A stretch of 63,847 nucleotides of DNA, counting the filler, from Sandaracinaceae bacterium (lineage in GTDB: Bacteria; Myxococcota_A; Polyangia; Polyangiales; JADJQN01), in NCBI GenBank assembly GCA_947483975.1. It is 4 parts of 4 records of this genome, joined end to end, with 100 filler letters (N's around TTAATTAATTAA, not from the genome) between each part and the next. Parts side by side here need not be neighbours in the genome. Positions count along the whole stretch, not along the records: positions 1 to 16,511 come from CANKOL010000077.1; 3 more parts are not named here. One strand, given 5' to 3'. The stretch's first letter is position 1. Every line of letters begins with the position of its first letter. Under the pieces are notes generated by a model that worked only from the letters and a program-made list of their open reading frames with translations, was not told where the DNA came from and ran no database searches. The translations under genes and the position numbers were made by a program. Positions 1 through 8,761 of the stretch are shown in pieces.

Positions 1-11
1 CCGGCGCCCGC

Positions 12-752
12 ATGAACGAGTACACGCTCCAGAAGATCGCCGCGGGCTACGTCCCGCACGGCGCGCCCGGCGCTGACTCGCTCTCGCGCGGCGCGAGCCA
101 GCGCTACTCCGCGACGCTGAGCGCGGGAGATTGCTACACGCTCGCGGCCTTCGGCGGCGCGGGCGTGCGCGATCTCGACATCTATCTGACGTCGCCGGAA
201 GGACGCGAGGTCGCGCGCGACATCGCCACCGACTCACGCCCGATCGTCAACACCTGCGTCCAAGAGACCGGCACCTATGCGGTCCGAATCCTGATGTACG
301 ACGGCCGCGGCCCGTACACCTACCAGATCTATCGGAACCCCGGCGCGGCGGCGCAGGTGGTCGGAATCGCCGGGCTCGACCCCTCGGTGCGTCGTCGCAT
401 GGACCAATTCTCTGGGCGCTACGTCGCGCGCGGGTTTCGGCCGGTCCCTGGCTTGGCGGGCTCGGGCGTGCTCGGCGCCGGTCAGTCGCAGGACTTCACC
501 GTCAACCTCACGACCGCCGGCAGCTGCTACGCGTTCGTCGGGTTTGCGGGGAGCGGGATGAGCGACCTCGACATCTACCTGTCGGATCCCTCGGGCGCGC
601 AGCTACAGCGCGACATCGCCGTCGATCCGGTCGCCGACGTGAAGCAGTTCATCGTCGTCCCCGGCGGCTATCGGATGCGGCTCAACGCCTATCGGGGCTC
701 CGGCGCGTTCGCCTATCAGGTGTACGAGCGGCCTCAGCGCACCTGCGAGTGA
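12..752 (+). CDS. Protein with two tandem PPC-like (pre-peptidase C-terminal-type) beta modules; probably 5'-truncated at the window edge
   Basis: Two similar units (CYTLAAFGGAGVRDLDIYLTSPEG...GRGPYTYQIY and CYAFVGFAGSGMSDLDIYLSDPSG...GSGAFAYQVY); the frame is open upstream of the ATG. Confidence 0.6.
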   Translation: MNEYTLQKIAAGYVPHGAPGADSLSRGASQRYSATLSAGDCYTLAAFGGAGVRDLDIYLTSPEGREVARDIATDSRPIVNTCVQETGTYAVRILMYDGRGPYTYQIYRNPGAAAQVVGIAGLDPSVRRRMDQFSGRYVARGFRPVPGLAGSGVLGAGQSQDFTVNLTTAGSCYAFVGFAGSGMSDLDIYLSDPSGAQLQRDIAVDPVADVKQFIVVPGGYRMRLNAYRGSGAFAYQVYERPQRTCE

Positions 753-779
753 GCCCTCGCGCGCAGGCACGTTGCGCGC

Positions 780-1871
780 TCAGGCGCCGCTGAACGCCGC
801 GACGAGCGCCTGCGCGACTCGCCGCGCGGCGTCTGCATCGTCGGGGTAGTCGAGCTCGTAATAGAGGCGCGCGAGCCGCTCGACCGGGGTTGCGCCGAGG
901 CGCGGCGCGTCGAGCGCGAGCGCGTGCGCGAGGAAGAACAGCGCGTAGCCGCGGACGAGGTTCGGCATCTGCTCGGGCGCCAGGCCCCACGCCCTGCGGC
1001 TGTAGTCGAAGTAGGGCATCACCATGCGCGGCACACGGGCGCCGTGCTCGATCAGCGCGTCGCGCGCAGCGGCGACGGTGTCGATGCCGCACGCGGCGAG
1101 CAGACGGATCAGGTAGTCCGGGAAGAACGGCTCGGCGCTGAGCGGCTTGCCGAGGACGCGGGCGATCGCGGCGTCGAGGTCGCGCGTCTCGGCGCAGTCG
1201 AGGAGCGTGCCGAGGGAGAGCTTGTCGAGCGCGATGGCCGCGTCGGCCTCGGCGATGCGCGCGGGCAGGGCGCGCTCGTAGTCGGCGAGCTCGCGGCGGA
1301 TCGCGGCGAATTCCTGGTCGGCGAGCTCGAGCAGCCCGGAGAGCCGGTTGAGGCGTCGGCGCGCGGGGCCGGGCACGCTGTGGCGCGACTTGTACCCGAG
1401 GTCGTGCTCGATCTCGGCCCACGCGTGCTCGAGCATCGTGCGCACCTGGATCTCGTAGCGCGCGTCGGGGGGCAGCGCGTCGTCGCTCGGGAGCCGACAG
1501 ACGTAGTGCAGCGAGCGGTAGCCGAAGCGCCCCTCGTCGCGCTGCCGGCGCTTGTCGGTCGAGCGATGAAAGTCGACGGGCAGCTTCGCCTCGAGCAGCT
1601 GCCCGACGCGGTCGACCCCGTCCTCGAAGTACGTGATCACGCGCAGCCCGATCAGGTCGGTGACGTCCCAAAGTTGCTCGTAGGTGCGGTCTGGGCGGGC
1701 GAGCTTACGCGCGAGGCTCTCGCGGTCCTTGAGCCGCAGCGTGACCGAGTGGAGCTTCAGCCCCTCGTCCGCCTCGAGCCACGCCTCGAGCTGGGTTCGC
1801 ACGGCTCTGCCGTGCGCATGGAGCGCCGGAGCGGCGCGATCGAACGCCTCGAGCAGCGGGAGCTTGGACAT
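780..1871 (-). CDS. RelA/SpoT-domain small alarmone synthetase (GTP pyrophosphokinase family) with C-terminal extension
   Basis: Motifs RLKDRESLARK, DLIGLRVI, GYRSLHY, EIQVRTMLEHAWAEIEH. Start moved to ATG 1871 (MSKLP); the ORF-track extension overlaps the upstream gene. Confidence 0.85.
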   Translation of the reverse strand: MSKLPLLEAFDRAAPALHAHGRAVRTQLEAWLEADEGLKLHSVTLRLKDRESLARKLARPDRTYEQLWDVTDLIGLRVITYFEDGVDRVGQLLEAKLPVDFHRSTDKRRQRDEGRFGYRSLHYVCRLPSDDALPPDARYEIQVRTMLEHAWAEIEHDLGYKSRHSVPGPARRRLNRLSGLLELADQEFAAIRRELADYERALPARIAEADAAIALDKLSLGTLLDCAETRDLDAAIARVLGKPLSAEPFFPDYLIRLLAACGIDTVAAARDALIEHGARVPRMVMPYFDYSRRAWGLAPEQMPNLVRGYALFFLAHALALDAPRLGATPVERLARLYYELDYPDDADAARRVAQALVAAFSGA

Positions 1872-1909
1872 CGCGGGGGCGAGTGTAGTGCAACCGCGGC
1901 GTGCCTCCG

Positions 1910-2242
1910 CTACGCGCCGCTGAGTCCGCGGTCCGCCCGCACTCGAAGGCACTCGGCGTCGCCCGCTTGAACGCGCCTGCAGCCGTGCGGTCGATGCGCG
2001 TACATCGCGCAGCGCACGCGCTTGCCGAGCCCGCCGAGCAGCGCGAGGCAGCGCCCGCTCGCGTCGAGGCGCAGGTGCCGCTCGCCGCTCGCGTTCGTCA
2101 CGACGTACTTCTTGAGCAGATCCGCGCGGCGCAGCAGCGGCTCGCCCGCGCGCACCTCGACGTAGTCGACGAAGCCCTCCGCCGTGTTGGTCGCTGGGTT
2201 CGTGCAGCACGCGCCGCAGCGAGTGCAGTCGAACGCGCTCAC
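1910..2242 (-). CDS. YkgJ/FliB-family cysteine-cluster protein (CxxCxxCC)
   Basis: CTRCGACC at the N-terminus, C-terminal CAMYAHRPHGCR; start overlaps the upstream stop (2239-2242). Confidence 0.8.
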   Translation of the reverse strand: MSAFDCTRCGACCTNPATNTAEGFVDYVEVRAGEPLLRRADLLKKYVVTNASGERHLRLDASGRCLALLGGLGKRVRCAMYAHRPHGCRRVQAGDAECLRVRADRGLSGA

Positions 2243-3945
2243 GGGGCGCCGAGACCCGCGCGACGCCGGGCGCGGAGCGCCTCACGGGTTCGGCCCTCGC
2301 GCTCGTAGACGTCGGCCAGGCGCTGCTCGAGGCGCTGCACCGTCGCGGCGTCGGCGCCCGGCGCGCGCACCTGCGCTTCGAGCTGCGTGGCGAGATCGTG
2401 GCCGGCGGGCTGCCAGTGTTCGACGATGAACGCGCGTGTGTCGCGGATCACCGGCTCCTCGTCCGGCGCGAGCCCCGCGGGCAGCAGCGCGACGCAGCCG
2501 ACCAACGCGGCGCCGACGGCCATCACGCTCGCCGCGCCGACGCGGGAGGACGCCCCTTTGGTCGATTGCCACGTCATCCACGCGAGCGCGCCCGTCGCGA
2601 GCAGCGCGAGCGGCAGCATCGACAGCGAGCCGTACGTCTCGAGCCAGCTGAGCGCGTTGGTCGGCGCGTAGTCGTGGGCGATCAGCACGGCAAAGAGCTG
2701 CGGCAGCGGGCGCGTCAGCTCCTCGGGAAGGTGCGGGTAATAGAGGCTCGGAACGCCCGACGCGACGAGGCCCGCGGCGCAGGTGCCGATCGCCAGCGCG
2801 CGCGCCGTCAGGCGTGAGCGCGCGGCGATGAGCGCGAGCCCCTCCATCGCCCACCACGCGACGAACGGCACCATCAGCGCGAGGTAGCGCGGCCCGAGCG
2901 TCCAGCCGCCGCGCCAGATCCGCATCGTGACGATGGCGCCGAACGACAGCAGCACGAGCATCAGCGAGGCGACCGCATCGGGGCGCACGCCGCGCTTCGC
3001 GAGCAAGCGCGGCAAACCGAGCACGGCGAAGACGAGCAGCGGCGTGAGCGCGAGCAGCCCGAAGCCGCGGTTGAAGATCAGCCCGAACGCCTCGGCGTGA
3101 AAGCCGTCCGCGCCGAAGAAGCCGTGCTGATGCTCCGCCCGGAACGCGGGGTTCTCGACGTAGAGGTGCCCCGGCGTCAGCGGATTGCCGAACGCCTTCC
3201 ACTGAAAGTGCATGACGGCCAGCGTCGGCACGAGCGCGCCGAGCGCGAACGGCACGACGCGCTTCCACGGCCGCAGGCAGAAGAGCGCGTAGATCGAGAG
3301 CACGAGCGACGCGAAGACGCCCGGATACTCGAGCCAGGTCACGCCCGCTGCGAGGAGCCCCGCGAGGAACGCGCGCCCCGCCGTCACCGTGCGCCGCGTG
3401 CGCGCGTCTTCGAGCAGCGCGAAGGCGCCGAACGCGGCCGCCGCGCTCTGCGTGTGGCTCACGAACATCATCCCGTAGCCGTAGAGCAGCGAGCCCAGCC
3501 CGATCGCGAACACCGTCGCGTCCGCGAGCACCGGCTCGTTCGGCACGCGGCGCAGCAGCCAGCGATGGAGGAAGTAGAGGAACAGCAGCGCCGGCAGCAC
3601 GCTGCCCGTGACGCGGCAGACCCAGAGCGCGACCACGCGGTCGAGGGGCAACCCGCGCGCGCCTTGCACCTGCGCGTACAGCCAATAGCCGGGGACGCCT
3701 AGCTCGCTCGCGCCAGGCGCCTTCACGCTGTAGGCGTGTCCGTCCTTCACCGCGGCGTCGTTCACCCAGCCCCAGCGGGCGCGGAGCGCGTCGATGATGT
3801 AGCTGTGCTCCTCGACGATCGCCGCCGTCATGTAGAAGCGGACGTTCTCGTTCGGGTTGTTGAGCTCTGGCTGGTACGGAAACGCGTAGAGATACGCGCA
3901 GGCGCACACGCCGAGGAGGGTCCACGTGCGCGCGCGGCTCGTCAT
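2239..3945 (-). CDS. Polytopic membrane protein, possible GT-C-fold glycosyltransferase
   Basis: Many hydrophobic segments, NPNE loop after TM1, GGWTLGPRYL motif, TPR-like C-terminal helices. Confidence 0.55.
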   Translation of the reverse strand: MTSRARTWTLLGVCACAYLYAFPYQPELNNPNENVRFYMTAAIVEEHSYIIDALRARWGWVNDAAVKDGHAYSVKAPGASELGVPGYWLYAQVQGARGLPLDRVVALWVCRVTGSVLPALLFLYFLHRWLLRRVPNEPVLADATVFAIGLGSLLYGYGMMFVSHTQSAAAAFGAFALLEDARTRRTVTAGRAFLAGLLAAGVTWLEYPGVFASLVLSIYALFCLRPWKRVVPFALGALVPTLAVMHFQWKAFGNPLTPGHLYVENPAFRAEHQHGFFGADGFHAEAFGLIFNRGFGLLALTPLLVFAVLGLPRLLAKRGVRPDAVASLMLVLLSFGAIVTMRIWRGGWTLGPRYLALMVPFVAWWAMEGLALIAARSRLTARALAIGTCAAGLVASGVPSLYYPHLPEELTRPLPQLFAVLIAHDYAPTNALSWLETYGSLSMLPLALLATGALAWMTWQSTKGASSRVGAASVMAVGAALVGCVALLPAGLAPDEEPVIRDTRAFIVEHWQPAGHDLATQLEAQVRAPGADAATVQRLEQRLADVYEREGRTREALRARRRAGLGAP

Positions 3946-3977
3946 CGAGCGGCGAGGGTAGCAGCGCGGCGGTCGTC

Positions 3978-5093
3978 GTGCCGTTGACCGCGCGCGCTGC
4001 GCCCTCTAGTCTTCGCCGCCGCATGGGGCAGGGCACCGATAGACCGATTCTCGCAGGGGCTGCGCAGCTGGCCCGCACCACTCCGCGAGGGGGCGCGCAA
4101 GTCGCTCTGCGCAAGCGCGTCGTCGCCGTATCGGGCGCGAGCTCGTTCCTCGGGCGCAACCTCGTCGGGCTGCTCGAGTCGGACGAGTCGATCTCGAAGA
4201 TCGTCGTCGTCGACGTGCAGAGCCCGCGCACGGCGGGCGCCAAGACGCGCTTCTATCAGCTCGACCTGACGCAGCCGGCGGTCGACTCCCGCCTCGCGGA
4301 GATCCTCGGCGCCGAGGACGTCGACACCTTCGCGCACCTCGCCTTCCTCTCGAGCCCGTCGCGCGCCGGGGCATGGGCGCACGAGCTCGAGTCGGTCGGC
4401 ACGATGCATGTGCTCAACGCCTGCCGTGAGCGCCGCATCGGCAAGTTCATCCTGCGCTCGCAGACCGCGCTCTACGGCGCGCACGCGTCGAACCCGAATT
4501 TCCTGACCGAGAACCACCCAGTGCGCGGGCTGCCGACCACGCAGTTCCTCGCCGACAAGATCGACGCCGAGAAAGAGACGCGCAAGTTCGCGCAGTCGGC
4601 GCCCGGGTCCTGCGTGACGATCCTGCGCTTCGCGCCGGTGCTCGGGCCGACGGCCAACAACTTCCTCACGCGCTGGCTCTCACGCCGGTTCGTGCCCACG
4701 GTGCTCGGCTTCGATCCGCTGCTGCAGTTCGTGCACGAGATGGACGCGCTCGCCGCGCTCAAGCTCGCCATCGCGCGCGACGTGCCGGGCACCTTCAACG
4801 TGATCGGCGAGGGCGTGCTGCCCGTGTCGACGATCGTGAAGCTCGCGGGGCGTATGTCGCTGCCGCTCCCGTGGCCCGTACTGCAGCAACTGACCGCGCT
4901 CGGTTGGGCGGCGAACGCGGCGGAAGTGCCGCCGTCTTTCCTCGCGTATTTGCGCTTTCTTTGCGTCGCCGACGGCGAGCGCGCGGCGGCCGAGCTCGGC
5001 TTCCGGGCCGCTTACACGACGCGTGAGGCCGTGCTCGACTTCGGTGGCGCGCTCCGCCTCCGCGACGCGCGGCTCTTGCACGACTCGCTCTAG
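3978..5093 (+). CDS. NAD-dependent epimerase/dehydratase-like extended SDR (atypical motifs); start uncertain
   Basis: VAVSGASSFLG Rossmann-like motif, HLAF, GTMHVLNAC, ILRFAPVLGP, QFVHEMD, GTFNV. Confidence 0.8.
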   Translation: MPLTARAAPSSLRRRMGQGTDRPILAGAAQLARTTPRGGAQVALRKRVVAVSGASSFLGRNLVGLLESDESISKIVVVDVQSPRTAGAKTRFYQLDLTQPAVDSRLAEILGAEDVDTFAHLAFLSSPSRAGAWAHELESVGTMHVLNACRERRIGKFILRSQTALYGAHASNPNFLTENHPVRGLPTTQFLADKIDAEKETRKFAQSAPGSCVTILRFAPVLGPTANNFLTRWLSRRFVPTVLGFDPLLQFVHEMDALAALKLAIARDVPGTFNVIGEGVLPVSTIVKLAGRMSLPLPWPVLQQLTALGWAANAAEVPPSFLAYLRFLCVADGERAAAELGFRAAYTTREAVLDFGGALRLRDARLLHDSL

Positions 5094-5125
5094 GACGGGA
5101 CGCGAGCCCCGCCAGGAAGACAACG

Positions 5126-6418
5126 ATGGCCAAGGAACGCACGAAGCGCCCCGCGCAGGGCGAGGCACAGGGAGCGCGAACGAGCGCCACGAAGGCGCGC
5201 CCGACCGAGGCCAAGCAGCCGGCTGTCGTGGCCAAGCCGCGCGCGAAGAGCAAGCCCGTCACCGCGCCGTCGAAGGCCGCCGTCAAATCGCCCGCGGCCA
5301 AGCCCCCCGCGGCCAAGCTGCCCGCGGCCAAGCCTCCCGCGAGCAAGCGTCCCGCCGCGCGGCGAGCGCCCTCACCGCGCGAAGCGACCGTGCACACCCC
5401 CTCGGTCATCCCGGTCCCAGTGCTCGAGGAGGCGGCGTTCGGGCCGCCCGGTATCACCATCGACGCGGACGACGTCGAGACGATGGCGGTCGACGCGCCG
5501 CAGTTCGAGCCGGGTCTCGTCGATGATGCGCCGGCGGAACACGCAGAGTCGCACGGGGCGTCGGGCGCTCCCGAGCACGACGTCTACGCGAACGACTACT
5601 ACATGCGTCAGTGGGGGCGCGCGGGGCTCCGCGGTCGCTCCGAGCAGGTCGATGAATTCGGCCTCGACCCGACGTACGAAGCGCGCTTCAGGCGGGCGTT
5701 CGAGCTGGTCTTCCGCAAGTATTTTCGAGTCGACGTGAGCGGTCTCGAGCACGTGCCGGCCGGCGGTCGCGCGCTCTTGGTCTCGAACCACAGCGGCACC
5801 TTCCCCTGGGACGGCGTCATGCTGAAGACAGCGATTCGCCTCGACCACCCGGCGCGGCGCGAGGTCCGCTGGCTCACCGAGGACTTCGTCTATCACTTCC
5901 CGTTCCTCGGGACCTTCCTCAACCGCATCGGCGCGGTCCGCGCCAACCCCGAGAACGCCGAGCGCCTCCTCGCGCGCGACGAACTGGTCGCGGTCTTCCC
6001 CGAGGGCATTCAGGGCATCGGCAAGCTGTATCGGCAGCGATATCAGCTGCAGCGCTTCGGCCGTGGCGGCTACGTGAAGCTCGCCCTCCGCACCGGCGCA
6101 GTGATCATCCCGACGGCGATCGTCGGCGCCGAAGAGACGAACCCGCTCCTCCTCAAGCTCGGCTGGCTCTCGAAGCTCACCGGCTTGCCGTACCTGCCCG
6201 TGACGCCGACCTTCCCGTGGCTCGGTCCCCTCGGGCTCGTGCCCCTTCCGTCCAAGTGGAAGATCGTCTTCGGCGCGCCGATCGACCTCTCCGAGCACGG
6301 CCCGGAAGGCGCGGAGGACGCGATCCTCGTCAACCGCCTGAACGAGCGCGTCCGCACGACGATCCAGACGATGGTCGACGGGGCGCTCGCCTCGCGCGAC
6401 TCCGTGCTCTTCGGCTGA
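5126..6418 (+). CDS. Lysophospholipid/PlsC-family acyltransferase with Lys/Ala/Pro-rich N-terminal extension
   Basis: NHSGTFPWD (HxxxxxD-type) and VFPEG motifs; AG-rich RBS upstream (AGGAAG). Confidence 0.85.
   Translation: MAKERTKRPAQGEAQGARTSATKARPTEAKQPAVVAKPRAKSKPVTAPSKAAVKSPAAKPPAAKLPAAKPPASKRPAARRAPSPREATVHTPSVIPVPVLEEAAFGPPGITIDADDVETMAVDAPQFEPGLVDDAPAEHAESHGASGAPEHDVYANDYYMRQWGRAGLRGRSEQVDEFGLDPTYEARFRRAFELVFRKYFRVDVSGLEHVPAGGRALLVSNHSGTFPWDGVMLKTAIRLDHPARREVRWLTEDFVYHFPFLGTFLNRIGAVRANPENAERLLARDELVAVFPEGIQGIGKLYRQRYQLQRFGRGGYVKLALRTGAVIIPTAIVGAEETNPLLLKLGWLSKLTGLPYLPVTPTFPWLGPLGLVPLPSKWKIVFGAPIDLSEHGPEGAEDAILVNRLNERVRTTIQTMVDGALASRDSVLFG
5291..5347 (+). repeat. 15-bp tandem repeat (about 4 copies) encoding PAAK(P/L)
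   Basis: cccgcggccaagccc / cccgcggccaagctg / cccgcggccaagcct / cccgcgagcaag. Confidence 0.85.
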
Positions 6419-6428
6419 GCGGGCGCGG

Positions 6429-7319
6429 CTAACAGACCTTGTTTCGCCCGCTGCGCTTCGCCTCGTAGAGGTGGTCGTCGGCGAGCTTCACGGCCTCTTC
6501 GCCGTCCTTCATCTCCGGCGCGAACATCGCGACGCCGGCGCTGATCGTCACGTGGATCCGCGTGCTCTCGAAGCGGAACACGCCCTCTTCGATCGACGCG
6601 CGGAGCTTCTCCGCGAGGATGCGGGCGCCGCTCTCGTCGACCTCCGGGAGGATGACGCCGAACTCTTCGCCGCCGACGCGCGCGATCGTGTCGTCGCGCC
6701 GCACCTTCGTCCGCACGATCTGACCAAGCTGCCGGAGCACGGCATCCCCGGCGAGGTGCCCATAGGTGTCGTTGATGTTCTTGAAGTGATCGAGGTCGAA
6801 CATCACGACGCCGTAGTTCCGACCGTAGCGGCGGGCGCGTGACGTCTCTTTCTCGATCTGCTCGTGGAAGTAGCGCTTGTTGTGCACCTCCGTGAGCCCG
6901 TCCACCGTCATCAGCCGGTAGATCTCTTCGTGGTACTGCACCTCGACGTTGCCGCTCGAGATGAACTTGAAGATCGTTCGCCCGATCTTCACCTGGTCCC
7001 CATCACGCAGCGGGATCGAGTCCGCGAGCTCGTCGTTGACGTAGGTGCCGTTGGTGGAGCCGAGATCCTGGATGACATACGCCTTCTCGACGAAGGTGAT
7101 GCGCGCGTGGTTGCGCGACACGCTCTCTTGGTCGACCTGCAGCTCGCACTTCGACGAGCGCCCGATCACCAACGGCTCCTTGCTGAGCGACACTCGCCTG
7201 CCCATGTCCTCCCCGTAGATCACGACGAGGCACGCGTCCGCCGCCACCGACTGCCGCTTCACGTCTTGGATCGCCGTGATGACGGTCTTGTTCGGGTTGG
7301 TCGTCCGTTCGTCGTCCAT
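6429..7319 (-). CDS. FHA-GGDEF diguanylate cyclase
   Basis: FHA motifs IGR...VSRNHA...DLGSTNGTYVN; DLDHFK, RRDD I-site and GGEEF active site. Start set at ATG 7319 (MDDERTT). Confidence 0.9.
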   Translation of the reverse strand: MDDERTTNPNKTVITAIQDVKRQSVAADACLVVIYGEDMGRRVSLSKEPLVIGRSSKCELQVDQESVSRNHARITFVEKAYVIQDLGSTNGTYVNDELADSIPLRDGDQVKIGRTIFKFISSGNVEVQYHEEIYRLMTVDGLTEVHNKRYFHEQIEKETSRARRYGRNYGVVMFDLDHFKNINDTYGHLAGDAVLRQLGQIVRTKVRRDDTIARVGGEEFGVILPEVDESGARILAEKLRASIEEGVFRFESTRIHVTISAGVAMFAPEMKDGEEAVKLADDHLYEAKRSGRNKVC

Positions 7320-7416
7320 GAGCGTCCGGGATGGTACAGCGGATCGCGGTCCGGCGGCAAAACGCGAGAGCACCCATTTTTTGACCGGGCCCTCGGCGCG
7401 CCCGTACGTTCGGGCC

Positions 7417-8754
7417 ATGTCCCGGAGACTTTCTGGCCGCCGTCTGCGCGCCGCCGCCATGGTCCTTCTCGCCGCCGGGCTCGCGTCCGCTGGGTTGGCG
7501 CTCGCCTCCGCGGATGGTCATGGCCGTGAGACGCACGCCGCGCGCCCGCGGGCAGCGGCTCCGGCTCCGCGCCGCACCGTCGAGGGACGCATCCCGCGGG
7601 AGATGCTCACGGGCTTCAATCCCCTGCAGCATCGGGCCGCGAACGTCGCTGCCGAGGGCACGGGGCGCGTCGCGGACCTCGACGGCGGTCGGCGTGCGGT
7701 GCTGACGCTCGACCCCGAGCTGCAGGGGTTCGTGGAGCGCACGCTCGAGTCCTATCAGGTGCCGTATGCCGCGCTCGTCGCGATCGATCCGCGCAGCGGG
7801 CGCGTGCTCGCGTACGTGAGCCACTCGTCGGCGAATCCGAATTCGGGCGACCTCGTGCTCGATCCGACGCCGCCTGCCGCGTCGGTCTTCAAGGTGATCA
7901 CGGGCTCCGCGCTGGTCGATGCGGGGCGAAACGCGGACACGCGCATTTGCTACGGCGGCGGCGAGAGCCGGCTGCGCGCGATCGATCTGGACGACGTCGC
8001 AGGACGCGATTCACAGTGCGCGACGCTCGGCGAGGCGATGGGCGGCAGCATCAACGCAGTCTTCGCCAAGCTCGCTGACCGCACGCTCGAGGCACCGACG
8101 CTCGAGCGCTACGCGGGCGCCTTCGGCTTCGGGCACGCGCTGCCCTTCGACGTGCCGACGCAGGCGAGCCCCATCGAGGTCCCGACGGAGCGCCTCGAGT
8201 TCGCGAGGACCGCGGCTGGGTTCTGGCACTCGCATATGTCGCCGCTGCACGCGGCGCTGATCGCCGCGACGATCGCGAACGACGGCGAGATGCCGCGCGC
8301 GACGCTCGTCGACCGCGTGCTCGACGCGCAGGGGGCGGTCCTCGCGCGGGCGACTCCGGAGGCGTTTCGCCGCGTGATCTCGGCCGCGACGGCGCAGCAG
8401 GTCAACTCGATGATGCAGAACACGGTCGCGCGCGGCACCGCTCGCCGCACGTTCCACGATCCGGCCGGCGTGCCGTTCGTCCCCGGCATCACGATCGCCG
8501 GCAAGACCGGCACGCTGAGCGGAGAGAACCCCTACCGCGGCTACACGTGGTGGGTGGGCTTCGCGCCCGCAGAGCACCCGACCATCGCCGTCGCCTCGCT
8601 CGTCGTGAACACCCCGACGTGGCGGATCAAGGCGAGCTTCGTCGCGCGCGAGGCCCTTCGTTATCACTTCGTGCAGGGCCCGCACGAGCGGGCCGAAGCG
8701 CAGCGTCGCGCCGTCCGCACGGCCGCCGCGGCGCCCGCAGTCGCGCACCGCTGA
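7417..8754 (+). CDS. Penicillin-binding protein, stand-alone transpeptidase domain
   Basis: SVFK (SxxK), SIN (SxN) and KTGT motifs; N-terminal signal or anchor. Start set at ATG 7417. Confidence 0.85.
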   Translation: MSRRLSGRRLRAAAMVLLAAGLASAGLALASADGHGRETHAARPRAAAPAPRRTVEGRIPREMLTGFNPLQHRAANVAAEGTGRVADLDGGRRAVLTLDPELQGFVERTLESYQVPYAALVAIDPRSGRVLAYVSHSSANPNSGDLVLDPTPPAASVFKVITGSALVDAGRNADTRICYGGGESRLRAIDLDDVAGRDSQCATLGEAMGGSINAVFAKLADRTLEAPTLERYAGAFGFGHALPFDVPTQASPIEVPTERLEFARTAAGFWHSHMSPLHAALIAATIANDGEMPRATLVDRVLDAQGAVLARATPEAFRRVISAATAQQVNSMMQNTVARGTARRTFHDPAGVPFVPGITIAGKTGTLSGENPYRGYTWWVGFAPAEHPTIAVASLVVNTPTWRIKASFVAREALRYHFVQGPHERAEAQRRAVRTAAAAPAVAHR

Positions 8755-8761
8755 AGGGCGC

